From Octopus vulgaris (taxonomy: Eukaryota), in NCBI GenBank assembly GCA_951406725.2, contig OX597814.1, forward strand, positions 68,696,001 through 68,760,000: a stretch of DNA of 64,000 nt, read 5' to 3'. How positions within the stretch are numbered: the first letter of the stretch is position 1; the number at the start of each line of letters is the position of its first letter. Positions 49,455 through 63,217 of the stretch are shown piece by piece. The notes below the pieces were generated by a model. The model did not search any database and was not told the origin of the DNA. It worked only from the letters and a program-made list of their open reading frames with translations. Made by a program: the position numbers and the translations under genes.

Positions 49455-50210
49455 ATAGAGATTGGACAAAATAATGGAAATACCTAGCATCATAATTTTG
49501 AAATATCTATAAAACCGTCAAAAGCTTGTTTATTTTTGTGTTTTTTTTATTTAGTATTTGTGTTACTTAATATGTTTATCAAAATTACTGTTACTTTTCA
49601 GATAACATCAGAAAAGTGTAATTAAAATTCATTAAAATGATAGATCTATCGGACTTTCAAAGACGTCAAATTGTTAGCGTAACGAAAAGGATCACAAAAG
49701 TACAGCTCCCAAAATTGCTGCAGGGCTTAATAACCACCTCGAGAACCCAGTTTTCACAAAAACTGTTCCCTGGGAGCTGCACAAAGCCGAATTTCACGGG
49801 AGGGCTGGAATCAGAAAAGCATTACTTTCAAAACAAATGTTGCAAAACGTTTAGAGTGGAGTAAAAACCTACAGAATTGGTCCCTAGAGCAATGGAAGAA
49901 TGTTATTTTCTTGGATGAGTCATCCTTTACCTTATTTCTGACCACCGGCAGAGTATACGCGTGGAGACAGCCAAAAGAAGCATTTGACTCAGACTGCTTT
50001 ATTCCAAATGTTAAACATTGAGGATCTGTGATGATCTGGTGGGGGCTATATCTTGGAAAACCGCCGGCTCAATGGTTTCCCTTCATGTCAGAATTAATAG
50101 TCAAGACTATGTAAGTATTTTATCTGATCAAATTCATCCTATGTTTGCGGAACTGTTTCCGGGGGGAAACGCAGTCTTTCAGGATGATAATGCACCAAAT
50201 CACACAGCTG
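49455..50210 (+). mobile_element. Tc1-like element, same family as 42478-43374, internally deleted and truncated
   Basis: TTGGACAAAATAATGGAAATACCTAGCATC TIR; VIFLDESSF, FQDDNAPNH. Confidence 0.85.
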
Positions 50211-50365
50211 AATATATATATATATAGAATATATATATATATAGAATGGGAGCAAGCGCTAATCCGAAATCCGAATGATATGATATGATATATATGTAAA
50301 AAATGTAATATATAAATAAATATCTACAAATATGAACCATCTGATCTGATTACCTCAATTTTTCT

Positions 50366-50421
<56 letters not shown>

Positions 50422-50578
50422 TGAGAAAGTTGGTGTGTGAAAGCACGTTGCTGGATGTATAAAAAATAGAAGAGTGAAAAAAACTACAGAAGGCTTGTTT
50501 TATAAGGTTAAAGGATATATTTAAGTTGTTATGTTAGAAAAATGTCATAAAAGTTTGTGTATAGTAACATAGTTTTGG

Positions 50579-50617
50579 GAGAAATAACCGGTTTCGTGTA
50601 AACTTTTCAAATTTCTC
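50579..50617 (-). ncRNA. Minimal hammerhead-like motif with variant core
   Basis: GAGAAAU-UUGAAAA-GU(UUAC)AC-GAAA-CCGG-UU-AUUUCUC. Confidence 0.55.
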
Positions 50618-51474
50618 AAATTTCTTTACCTACATCGTGTCATGTCTTCGTTATGAAATGCAAAGAAGAGTTCCAGGGGGGGGGAGTAATCAGGGATTTC
50701 TTCCGGTATAAGGGAGATAATCGCTTTATATTTTTTTCTTTTTTCAATGAGATGAGTTTCTCTGTATAAGAATGTTAGGATGGTTAAGTTTAGGCTTATA
50801 TTTTTCAATGAAGAATGTTTTCTTTTTTAATCTAATTTGTGTTGGTGTTCCAATAGCCCATTGATAGAATGGAAAGATTAAAAATTGTGGTTGTAGTTGC
50901 TTAGCGCATTTCTCAATATGCTCACTAAAGGGTATCCTTCTGTATTCTGGGAATGCAATCTGTTGTCGATGCAGTGTGCATCTGCATCTGAGTGATAATC
51001 CCGTGGACCCTACGTAGTTTTGGTGGCAGCCCGAGCATCTTATGACATAAATTATGTTTTCAGAAGCACAAGTAAAATTAGATTTGATTTTGAATTTTTG
51101 TCCCTCTTTGAAAAAGAAATTCTGATCCTTCTAGAAGGTTTGAGCATGTTGCGCAGTTTGGTCTACCACATGTTTTTAACTTTTGCATCCGTAATTTCAG
51201 AAAACAATTTTGCCTTTGTGAGAATCTTTTTTAGTGATTTAGGTTGTTTGTAGCTTTTAATGATTTTATGTATGTTTAGAATTTCCTTTAATTTAGGGTC
51301 CTTATGAAGTATTGGTAAATTCTGGGTGATGATGGTGAAGGCTCCTTTGCTCCTGGGTTTGTATGTGGATACGTAAGGCAGTATTTTCGGGGAAGGTGTG
51401 TTGTTGTGTTTAACTTTCCTCAAAGTTTCTATGTCGATTTCTGTTGCACGTCTGATCCCATCCTATATGAGTTG

Positions 51475-51602
51475 AACTGTTTTTGAGTTCTTGTAGCCTG
51501 AACTGTTTTTGAGTTCTTGTAGCCTAAACTTTTTGAGTTCTTGTAGCCTAAAATTTTGAGTTCTTGTAGCCTGAACTGTTTTTGAGTTCTTTTAGCCTAA
51601 AA
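51475..51602. repeat. Minisatellite of about 25 bp, five copies, inside the PLE ORF
   Basis: (GAACTG)TTTTTGAGTTCTTGTAGCCT repeats. Confidence 0.9.
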
Positions 51603-51876
51603 TTCCTGGTATTTTGTTCTGACACTATTGTGCATATCCTTCTTGCAAGGTTGAAAGGGATGTTTGTTTTAGTGTGTCTTGGGTGGCATGAATAAAAAAG
51701 TAGGTATTGTTTGGCGTCTGTGATTTTGTAAAATATGTCTGTTTCTATTCTTAGGTTAATTTTTTTATACAGTATATCTAAGAATGGAAGCTCCTTTTGA
51801 TTGTACTCCATTGTGAACTGTATATTTGGGCTGACGCTGTTCAATAGGTTTTTGAATTTTAGGAGTTTATCTGTGT

Positions 51877-51920
<44 letters not shown>

Positions 51921-52019
51921 GTATGTATATAAACAAATATGTTAGATGTAGTTGTGCGCGTGCGTTTGTAATACATAATAGTGGTCGTGTTGCAGTTAGG
52001 GTGAAGTAGGTGTGATAGC

Positions 52020-52056
<37 letters not shown>

Positions 52057-52443
52057 GGAGAGAGAGCGGTAACATTCATTATGTAATTGTTCGTGCGTTT
52101 GGTAAAATATCAGAAACAACGAGGAATATGACGTATTAAAAACTAATTGTTAATTACCATATCAGGGTATCGTGTCATCTATCGTGTAATAGTTATGGTC
52201 AATACAAACTATGTAAACAAAAGAAAACGTAAACGTTACCAAATCCAACTGATAATTTTATATAAAAACCTACGTTACTAAAGCTACAACTACTACAAAA
52301 CCAATACGTTTCATCTTTAACTTAGATTAATGAATTGTATAAAATATCAACGACATATTCATGAGAAACGTGCTGTATTACATCCAGAGAAACCACAGAT
52401 TATACCTGTACAGAAAAACCAATATAATCTTTAGTGTTTAATA

Positions 52444-52903
52444 AATATTTTTATATCAATATTATATCTACTAAGCATTCTTTAATCCTTATATTTACAG
52501 ATGCTAGTGTAATAAAACGAGAAGTATCGACAGATTCAAAGTTCTAGTTACTTTAATATATAATTATTTATTTATAATAGTGATATAACTGATAGCAATT
52601 TTTGAACGCCCATAAACATGCCGGAATACATGAAAGATATCAGTCTCCTTCCTCGTATTAAGATGAAATATTAATATTTAAATATTAATATCTAATATTC
52701 TATGATACCTACTAAGAATTCTTTATTCTTATAGTTACAGATGTTAGTATATTGAACATGAAAATACCGACCTATTCAAAGTACTAGTAGCTTTAAAATA
52801 TAATTAATTTTTTTAGGATAATAATATATTTAATAGTAGTTTTTGAAAACCCATTTACATGCGTGGACACATGAAAATCCAGTCTCAGTCCTCGTATTTA
52901 AGA
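52444..52903. repeat. Old diverged direct duplication with about 240-bp period
   Basis: CTACTAAG.ATTCTTTA..TTACAGATG..ATTCAAAGT.CTAGT..CAGTCTC..TCCTCGTATT occurs twice. Confidence 0.75.
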
Positions 52904-53029
52904 GGTGCCGTCTAGAATATAGGATTTGGTACAATTCAGATCGGTACAAAGCAGCTTCAGATCGTCCATATAAAACAGATGATTTATTGTCGTATTATAA
53001 ACATTGAACCCATACCTGGTATTACTCAG

Positions 53030-54010
53030 TTACTTTGAGAGTGGGATTAGTGCCATGCAAAAGAGTAATGGGGAGCGGGAGTCACCCTGAAAGGTGCCTC
53101 GTTTGATGTTGATGTTAGATTGGCTCATCCCATTACTATGATTTAGAAGGAGATGTATGTTCCACTTGGCCAGGTTACTTTTAAGAATTTGGAGACGACA
53201 GGAAAGATCTTATATATCTTAAGGGCCTTGAGTAGTCAATTATGTGGGACACTATCAAACGATTTCCTGTAGTCTCTGTATGCCATAATAAGGTTCTGTT
53301 TTGCTCTGACAATTCTCTACAATCATTTTATTTATGAGTAATTGATCTTTGCATCCACAAGAATTCCTTTTACAACCTTTTTGAGTTTGTGGAAGGATAG
53401 ATCTCTGTTCAAGGAAAGTGTATGCTCTTTCAGTTAATATCGATGTGAGGATCTTGTTGGTAATTGTTTTTGTTAATGGTTGTTAGTTATTTGGATTTTT
53501 CGCGTCTTCAGTTTTTGGTAGAAGGTATTATTATTATTATATTCTCTTTATCGCAGGTTTTGATGGAGCTCCTGGAGTTTTGCATGCATAGCATGCTTAC
53601 TACCTGCAGCCTATGGTACCATGTTATTCGTTCTTTCCTGATTATTATTATTATTTTCCTGATCATTCTGGCCATGCCAAGGAGGCAAACCTTTTGTAAC
53701 AGTTCTATTGAGCACTCTATTCCAATGTTCTCTATATTCCTCTTGATGCCTTCTGATACTGTTCCCAAGGACCCAACAATAATTGGCACTATCTTCACCT
53801 TCTTCATCTTCCATAGCCGGGTAATTTCGTACTTAAGAGGGTTGTATCTATCTATCGTTTCACCTTCCTTTTTGACTATTCATAGGTCAAAGGGGAATGC
53901 AACGTCAACTATATAGCATGTCTGGTGCACCTTGTCCACCATCACTAAGTTCGGTCTGTTAGGCTCTAGCACCTGATGTGTTTGGATTGGGAAATCCCAG
54001 AGGATTTTGC
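53030..54010 (-). mobile_element. R4/Dong-like RLE retrotransposon fragments in (TAA)n
   Basis: RT piece RGTFQGDSRSPLLF and DYRKSFDSVPH at 53030-53460. RLE end KILWDF..RPNL..IVDVAFP..VPIIVGSLG..LLQKVCLLG, ending in (ATA)n at about 53640. Confidence 0.8.
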
Positions 54011-55291
54011 TAGTCTCCAACTCTGCCACTCTCTGCGGTCTGTGCTCATTTTGAGCCCGGGCGAAATGATTTCACCTTTGGTTCCACCATTATTTGATAC
54101 ATTTCTATTAAACATTTTCACTCCATATTGAGGTATGGAGGTTAGCCACAAAACCAACTTTAAGGTTAGCTACCAACCGGTATTTTTATCGAGACACCAT
54201 CTCGGCTAAGATTGTCAACGAAGACTGCAGAGCTCTTACTACCCATAAGGCCTGTTCCCTTCGCATTTCTGTGTGTTGAGGACCATGATCTTCATTCTCA
54301 CTAGGAGACAGGTAAGAGTCAGTTGGTAGTGTATCTTCATCCAAGTATTTCTCTGGAGTTAAGTCCTGATTCGCGGTTCATCCGCCTTCATCCAAGGCAT
54401 GGAGCCGATGGACACTGACAAGTTGAAATCACTGTAACTAAGAAGTCCTATCCAAGGAGTGTTCCTTCTCCTAGACAAACTACCAATCAAGGCTCACGAG
54501 TTCTGTCTACTCCTAACCCTAATCCTAATCTGCCGTTTGCTGGGTTTTGTTTTTAATACCACAAGGTTTCGAAAATCCACCCTTCTCACCAAGTGAGGTT
54601 GCCAGTTTAGTCGTCGACGACTCGACGGTTTCACAACACTTGTTAATCATTCTGGGTAATAATTTACTCGTTCCCTATTATAATTTCACTATTACTACTA
54701 TAATCCCTATCTTATTATTTACTTGTTCACTACTATAGTTTCATTATTATTACTATACTTATATTATTATCATAAGGCCAAGGAGTCCTAATATTGCTTC
54801 CCCTGATTTCTTTAGATATCAAATAATGGTAGATTTACAGCTGTTGGTTTAGCTACTGCTGATGCTGCAGTGTTAAATAGAGAATCAGGCTAATGCAGAT
54901 TGTTTGATTTGACTGCTACATGACATGACTGGCGGTGGATTGCAGTCGGGTGGGAGGGATTATTTGAGAGAAGCATCAACATGCTGGAACTAGCATAGCT
55001 AAGATATAGAAATGTATAAACAACATCTCAAAATTTTGAAAAGCTAACGATAACTTTATCTATGGAAAATCACATCGTAGTTAAAATATAAACGTCTATA
55101 AATATCTCAAAGTTTTAGCAAACATAGAAAGTAATAGAAAAGGCTTACACATTTTTGGAGAGAGTTGTTAAATGGCCATCCTATCCTGTGAATGATTACA
55201 GCAGCACTGAGAACCCATTGGAAGAGGAAAGGGAAAAGAGAGAGGGGAAGGGAGACGAAGAGAAAGCAGGCAGGTAAGCTAGCCAAAATTC

Positions 55292-55292
<1 letters not shown>

Positions 55293-55372
<80 letters not shown>

Positions 55373-55392
55373 CATTATTATTATTATTATTC
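55293..55392. repeat. (TTA)n microsatellite
   Basis: Directly visible. Confidence 0.95.
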
Positions 55393-56850
55393 ATTTTCCT
55401 TTTTTCAGACCAAACGTTTTAGCTTCACTTAAGAATATTTTTTCATTATTTACGTTTTCTCTATTTCTACCCGAAGTGATCATTCATTGAAATAATCTCT
55501 CAAGATTTATTCATATACTTGTCAATTAATGATTTTTCTTTACTTCTAAAGTTTGTTTGGACGCCTATGTGATATACCCCATCCATATGAGGACACAAGC
55601 ATAAGTAGTACTTAAGATTACATGATTCTCAATCTGCCGAAATCAGTCAGCGATGAAACTTTTCCCTTGTAAAAAATGTTTTATGCAGTTATTGAAATAT
55701 TGAGGGCTTGAGTGTTTGATCAATTTTTTTTTTTTTGTATTAACTATTCATAAAATTCAAACACAAGTGGCCAATCAAATTACGCAAAACGATATCCAGT
55801 TTTAAGTATACAAAAAAAAAACATGTTCATGTAGAAATTATTCGTGCGAAAAACTGTAAAACTCTTTTGTTCCAAGTATAGTGGGGTTTTGGATTAAGTA
55901 TGCTATTTTGTTGTCTATAATAAGTTTAGTGATTATTTTATTGGTTTCACAATCTAAGGTGTTAGATATTTTAGCAACAGATCATTTTCAGTCTCAGCAA
56001 TGTTATTTGATAGTCGATTATATATGCTACTATGTCTTCCATAAATTTTGTCTTACCCGATGATACGTAAAAAATCTTCGAATTTTGAACAAGTGCTAAC
56101 ATCTTTGTATTTAGAACTTTGGAAATTATTGTGGATTATCACGAGTTTACCTGCGCTTTGTCGAAAGTCGTTGACCTTATATAGATTCATTTGCCCTTTG
56201 AAAGGTCCCTATTTCCCCAGGAGAGACATACATAGCTAAGCACACAAATGAGTATACATGTAATCGAAGGTGGGCTAAAAAGGTTGACTATAACAGGGTA
56301 ATGCTAGAGTTGTGAAGTCTTACATGCTTTAATTTCAATACTTCTTATTAATAAATGTATTGTCGCGTTCCAGGAAAACTGATATCTGACTGCTCAAAAA
56401 ATACTCCAATAGTAATTAATACACAAGAGTAAAGCTCTAAATTACTTAAGTCCTTAGTTGTCTATAATGGATCCAAAAATACAATTATCACTTTTTTTTT
56501 TCTTTTCTATAACAATTTCACGTGACAACATTATACCATTGAAAGCTAACCTCTTCCCCTTAAGTTTCTTAATAATCTTGGTATAATTGAAAACCATCAT
56601 AATTGCATATAACATAATTGGAGTGATTAAATTCCTTGCATTTCCTTAGACGAAATATTCTTTTTTATTTCTTATGACAAATGAATATTTAATTTTGTTA
56701 TTTCTCAGTCTTTCTTCCTTTCTTTTTTCCTTTCTCTCTTTCTCTCTCTCTCTCTCTCTCCAAACATATATGTGTGTGTGTGTGTGTGTGTATAATATAC
56801 ATATACATATATACGAGTATATGTTATATGTACATATATATTTATATATG

Positions 56851-58052
56851 TTGGGTCATCCCATAAATAACGCGGTTTATTTATACTTGTTAAAAATTAA
56901 GATAAACAAAGTTTTTTTAAATCTAAAATATACTCTCCTTTATTTTCTACAATTCTCTTTCATCTATTTCGTTAACTTGCAAGGTTCCTCTTCCAAACTT
57001 CACTTGTCCGTGACAAAAAAATACTCCCCCGGTACTGTTCTCACCTCGCCTCATACTTTTTCCGTCCAAATGATTTTGAAGAGTGCGGAATAAATAATAA
57101 TGTCCAGCGAATATAGTGGATGGAGAATTGTTTCCCATTCAGACTGCTCCAGCCTTCGGAATGGCCGAGCATTATTCTGATGGAAGAATACCTTTCGTCT
57201 TGAATCCAAAGATAGTCTTTTTCTTCTATCGCTGACTTAAGCCGCTCAAGATGCTCGCTGTAGATTTCCTTTTTATCGTTTGGTCTAGGTTTAAAAGTTC
57301 AAAGTTGACTAAATCTTCCATATCCAACCAAACAGATAGAAAAACTATATATGGGTGATGACCTTCTTTAGCCTGGGGTTCCGGTGTTTCTCCTTCCCCT
57401 ATACACTGTTTTCGGCGCTTGACATTTTTATAGAGAATCCATTTCTCGTCACCATCGGTCAAAAAAATGGTTCATTTATGAGACATGACAGCAAAGAAGA
57501 GTACACATTCATTCTCTGCGCGCGATTAGACTCGGAAAGTTTGCGAGGAACCCGCTGACCCCATTTGCTAACTTTTCTGATGGCACGTAGATATTGATGA
57601 ATGGTTGAATGACCAAATCCAAGTTTCTCTGCTAGTTCCTCAACAGTTACGATGGGATTTTGTTCCACCAGAATTTGAAGGACGTTCTCGTCGAGCTCTA
57701 CAGATCTTCCAGGAAGATGCTCCTCTCCTAGGCTGTAGTTTCCGGCTCAGAATTTCTGGAACCACCATTGACACTGGCTTAATCTTATTGTTCGATCTCT
57801 ATATAATGCATTAATATTCCTCGCACTTTCCGTTTCGTTGTTGTTTTTATTGAACTCATAAAGCAAAATATGCCGAATATGCTCAATTATAGCTTTGAAA
57901 AAATAACTGTTAAAATCGAAGTACATTCTTCAAAACTTGCACTGAGAATAAGTACAAGATAAAACTACTACCTGTTTTTATAGCAAGTTGCTGCGGGTAG
58001 TTTATCCTGTCCCCCTTCGACTGAAAAATCCTATTATTTATGGATGACCCAA
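56851..58052 (-). mobile_element. Decayed mariner (DD34D)
   Basis: TIRs TTGGGTCATCCCATAAATAA / TTATTTATGGATGACCCAA. RVPRKL, TDGDEKWILY, YYLFRTLQNHL. Confidence 0.88.
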
Positions 58053-58097
58053 TACATATATATATTTATTTATGCACGTGCACGTATATTTTATAGT

Positions 58098-58160
<63 letters not shown>

Positions 58161-58225
58161 TTAGGTAGGTAGGTAGGTAGGTAGGTAGGTAGGTAGGTAG
58201 GTAGGTAGGTAGGTAGGTAGGTAAG
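58098..58225. repeat. (GATA)n-(GGTA)n compound microsatellite
   Basis: Directly visible. Confidence 0.95.
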
Positions 58226-58326
58226 TTTAACATTTACAAATACGGCTTCATACATATAGAGTTTGATATCTATTGAGATAGATGTACATTTATGTAGGTG
58301 TGGTTGCGGAATATATGTGTGCGTGT

Positions 58327-58360
<34 letters not shown>

Positions 58361-58361
<1 letters not shown>

Positions 58362-59205
58362 TAGCTGACGTACCCGGAAATTCCCGGGAAAGCGGGGCTT
58401 ATCCCTTGGTTCTGTTCTCATAATTGCTTCGCTAATCCAATAACAGCAATAGAAAGTATGAATTTTTTAAAACGGTTTTTGTGCATTTACATAGAATACT
58501 GAACTGTCTTACACAGGATCTTGTTTTTAGGAATCCCCAATAAGTTATGAATACCCAAATTGTGAAGTCAGTTATGTAATAACATGAAATTAGTTACCCG
58601 ATAGTAAGAATTCAAATAAAGTAGCCCCGAAAAGGGCTTTAATGCATTTGCAGAGTATATAGAACATAGGAGGAAATACTAATAAGTCATGTATACTAAA
58701 ATCGCGAAGCATGTTACGTAATAACAGGCTAATCAGATATGAGATAATAACAATTCAAAGTAAATAACTCTGAAAAGGCTTTTGTGCGTTCCCAGAGAAT
58801 ATTCCCCTCAGGGGCGCTAGTGTTGGTATGTTCGTGAATAAGTTACTAACAGAAATAAGTGGATCTATTGTTTAGGAAAATACTATTTACTTCTTTAAGG
58901 GTTACACTGGATAAATTGCGAAAATAACTCTAACAGTTCAGGTACTAAAAAATAAGTATGCTCAATTTCTTTTTTACCAAGTAATTTAGGAAAATGAATG
59001 AGTTATTTCCATTGGCTATATATATGGATCCCTTCCAGGGAACCTATTATCGATTTTTCAACAATCTGAGTAAGCCATGAGGTTTCCAGACATGAGTTTT
59101 ACTCACGTGTCAAGCTTCATCAAAATCGATAAAACAATGTAGGAGGAGTTACCTAACAACTCAACAAACACACCCACAGACAGAATTTCCCACATATGTA
59201 GTATA
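58361..59205 (-). mobile_element. Non-autonomous Helitron-like element with internal diverged repeats of about 143 bp
   Basis: Plus strand TA|CTAG..CCCGG-AAATTC-CCGGG, i.e. 3' hairpin plus CTAG on minus. Internal repeats start at about 58538 and 58681. Confidence 0.55.
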
Positions 59206-59308
59206 TATATATATATATATATAATGAAAAAAAACACAGATATATATATATAAATACATATATATGCATGTATATACGCGCGCGCACACACGCATATACA
59301 TATATATA

Positions 59309-59981
59309 CAGGGTACGATGGGTAAATTGTCGCCATTTTATATTTTTAATTTCGACCATGCGCATTGTTTGCTTTTGATTTTGTCGACTATACAGTATAG
59401 TTGGGTACTGTCAGTGAGAAAAATCAGCACCGTGGCGCAATTCACACGACATGCTTAGCATTCGCGTCGGAAGCTCCAATACGAATATTTCAAAATATTC
59501 GGGAGTCAATCTGAGGACAGGGCAATCTGAGGACATGTACTGAGAGTGATAAAAATCTGGAAACAGGACTCTGCACCATGCTACACAAGCTGGAGAACCC
59601 AGTCATTGCTGTCAGGCAATTCCTGCGACTCCATCACTCCTAACATCTTCCCACCTAACTCTCCAGGTTGCAATCCCCTTCATAATTGTGTGGGGCGCAG
59701 TTGAGCGAGAGACCAATAAAACTCCTTGTAACACCAAAACTGAACTGAAGACAAGGATTATGGCAACATTCACCAACTTAAACAAGGAGTCCGTCTAAAA
59801 GAGTTGCAGGAGATTCCGAAGTCGTTGGAGGCCGTGACTAGAAACATTGACGATTTTATTGAATAAATTTACTTTTTAGTATTTCAAGATATATTTATGC
59901 AATTTTGGTAAATATATCTGTTAAAATGAGATGTCTGTTATTTTCCTTTTTGCGTAATTTAGACGATAATTCATTCACTAC

Positions 59982-59985
<4 letters not shown>
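59309..59985 (+). mobile_element. Deleted DD37D (maT-like) transposon
   Basis: TA-CAGGGT.. terminus. QDSAPC..PPNSPGCNPLH with 37 residues between the 2nd and 3rd catalytic positions. Confidence 0.65.
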
Positions 59986-60039
<54 letters not shown>

Positions 60040-60056
60040 TACATATTATATAAATA

Positions 60057-60094
<38 letters not shown>

Positions 60095-60190
60095 TATATA
60101 AATAATGTATATTATACATATTATATATATATAATGTATATTATATATTATATATATATATATATGTATGTATATATTACTCTCTTACTC

Positions 60191-60576
60191 TTTTACTTGT
60201 TTCAGTCAGTTGACTGCGGCCATGCTGGAGCACCGCCGAGCAACTTGACCACGGGACTTATTCTTTTGTAAGCCCAGTACTTATTCTATCGGTCTCTTTT
60301 GCCGAACCGCTAAGTTACGGGGACATAAACACACCAGCATCGGTTGTCAAGCAATGCTAGCGGGACAAACACAGACACACAAACATATACACACACATAA
60401 TACATATATATATACATATATACGACAGGCTTCTTTCAGTTTCAGTCTACCAAATCCACTCACAAGGGTTTGGTCGGCCCGAGGCTATAGTAGAAGACAC
60501 TTGCCCAAGATGGGACTGAACCCGGAACCATGTGGTTGGTTAGCAAGCTACTTACCACACAGCCTCTCCTGCACCT
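60191..60576 (-). mobile_element. tRNA-derived SINE
   Basis: Major SINE family. Confidence 0.9.
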
Positions 60577-60623
60577 ATATATATATATATATTTTTTTTT
60601 TTTCTTTTCTTTTTTTTTTCTTT

Positions 60624-60826
60624 TTTACTTGTTTCAGTCATTTGACTGCGGCCATGCTGGAGCACCGCCTTTAGTCGAGCAGATCGACCCCGGGACTTAT
60701 TCTTTGTAAGCCCAGTACTTATTCTATCGGTCTCTTTTGCCGAACCGCTAAGTGACGGGGACGTAAACACGCCAGCATCGGTTGTCAAGCAATGCTAGGG
60801 GGACAAACACAGACACACAAACATAT

Positions 60827-60857
<31 letters not shown>

Positions 60858-61022
60858 CATATATACGACAGTCTTCTTTAAGTTTCCGTCTACCAAATCC
60901 ACTCATTGGTCGGCCCGGGGCTATAGCAGAAGCCACTTGCCCAAGATGCCACGCAGTGGGACTGAACCCGGAACGATGTGGTTGGTAAGCAAGCTACTTA
61001 CCACACAGCCACTCCTGCGCCT
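60624..61022 (-). mobile_element. tRNA-derived SINE, tandem with the previous copy
   Basis: Major SINE family. Confidence 0.9.
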
Positions 61023-61057
61023 ATATATATATATATATGTATATCAATATATATATA

Positions 61058-62210
61058 CAGTAGTGGGGAAATAAATATTTAGAGTTGAAGAAAGTATTCG
61101 TACAAAATACTATTAAAATAATTTTTTTTTATTAGAAGTTTCCCGTTTGTTCCAATAATCTTATCAGTTGTCATTTTTAAGTGTCAAAACACTAGCTTCT
61201 TCATTCAGCATTGAGACAACATAAAGTAGTTTCGTAATAATGGCGAAATGTAAAGAACTCACAAATTCAGTGAAAAACTTAATTATTGAACAGTGGAAAG
61301 CAGGTAAATGTTACAGGAAAATATCAGAGACCCTTTGTATTCCATTTTCTGCCATATCTTCATTTATTCAAAGATATAAAATATCGGGAACTGTTGAAAA
61401 CAGAATAAGATCCGGTGCACGACGCAAAATTTCCCCTAGATCTTTAAGAAAAATGAAGCGAAGAATCGGAAAAAACGCAATGATCATCAGAAAGGAGTTG
61501 CAAGAAGATTTGTTAGCTTTAGGGACTAGTGTTACACTACGAACAATCAGCAATGAACTTCATGGGAATGAACTGAAATCACGCTCTCCTAGAAACACTT
61601 AGCTGTTGACTAAAAGGCATAGAGATACCCGTTTAAAATTTGTTTATGAGCTTAAAGATAAATCTGATACATTCTGGGAAAATGTTCTATGGACAGACGA
61701 GTCGAAAATTGAATTGTTTGGACGAAATTCGCGTAGCCATGTTCGGAGGAAAGATGGTACCACCTATTCGCAGAAAAACAATTCCTACCGTAAAGTTTGG
61801 ATGTAGCAACATCATGGTGTGGGGGTGTTCCTCTGCAAATGGTACTGGCAATTTACATGTGATAGATGGTAGAATGAATGCAGAGATGTACCAAAATGTG
61901 ATAGATGGTAGAATGAATGCAGAGATGTACCAAAATGTGATAGATGGTAGAATGAATGCAAAGATGTAACACCTGACTTAAACCCCATTGAAAATTTGTG
62001 GCATTATTTGAAAATTAAAATTCATTCAAGAGCCCCAACGTGCATTACAGATTTGAAGAAAATTTGTCAAGAAGAATGGGAAAAAATTCCTAAAGAAACA
62101 TGCGAGTCATTGATTAAGAACTACAAGAAGAAATTGGTTGAAGTGGAACTGAATAATGGTTATGCTAAATCAGAATTTTGACATGTACGGACATTTATTT
62201 CCCCCCACTG
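61058..62210 (+). mobile_element. Tc1 (DD34E) element with disrupted transposase
   Basis: TIRs CAGTAGTGGGGAAATAAAT / ATTTATTTCCCCCCACTG with TA flanks. MAKCKEL.., [23 protein letters not shown]. Confidence 0.9.
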
Positions 62211-62299
62211 TATATACATATTATATATATAATGTATATTATACATATTATATATATATAATGTATATTATATATATTATATATGTATATATGTATGTA

Positions 62300-62352
<53 letters not shown>

Positions 62353-62396
62353 CATGTATATGTATATCAAAAAATATATATATATATTATATATAT

Positions 62397-62448
<52 letters not shown>

Positions 62449-62464
62449 TGTATGTATGTATGTT

Positions 62465-63217
62465 ATGTCAGGTCACTTTCGAGTGCTACTGGTAACATGT
62501 AACCCAGTACAACCTGTTGCATGGTCGGGTCGTCGGCGACTAAACCGGCAACCTCACCAAGCAAGCTTGGTGAGGAGGGTTTTTATTGGTCACCCTGCGG
62601 GATGAAAAACAAAACCCGTCAAAGGGCGGAGGAACTCTTGAGAGTCAACGGCCATCCAATAAATGTCTTAAGGCTTTATCATGCGCGGAGACATAGAAAT
62701 AATCGGATTGAATATCCGATCGCGCGGTTAAATCATTGAGAGTGAAGGACTCCAAGCCTTTTTTAGGGCATCCTTCTAGGATATGGTAACTCAGGTAACT
62801 GGGATAACTCTGACATAAAACCTGCGGCTCAGTGGTTACCGATGATGTTGACTTGTTCTTCTTTTCGGATTATGGATGCTGTTGCTTAGTGAGTGGGATT
62901 GACTCAGTGCACAGCCTTTCCTCACTTTAAAAAAATCTTCTTGCACAGGCATAGCACGATAACAACATTGATTAAGCTTCGTGCAATGGCCATACTCGAT
63001 AACGAGGGGGCAGCCACCATGTATGTATGTATGTCAATCGTTTACGCTACTGGAACCATGTAAACCTGTACTACTTGTCGCATGGTCGAGCCGTCAGCGT
63101 CTAAACCGCTTCCCTCACCAATCCTCTTGGTGAGGAGGATCTGTATCGGACACCCTGCTGGACTAAGGACTAGACCTGTAAAAGGGTGGAAGAACTCTTA
63201 AGAGTCAACGGCCACAC
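62465..63217 (+). repeat. Unclassified interspersed repeat with a diverged direct repeat of about 170 bp
   Basis: 62487-62660 resembles 63046-63217. A reverse-complement relative lies at 54575-54627. Confidence 0.6.

Larger units (their letters stand above)
50420..51880 (-). mobile_element. Penelope-like relic (RT C-terminus, GIY-YIG, pLTR)
   Basis: NIQFTMEY..LPFLDI..SCHPRHTKTNIPFNLARRI; IIYVIRCSGCHQNYVGST. Bounded by (TA)n on both sides. Confidence 0.88.
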
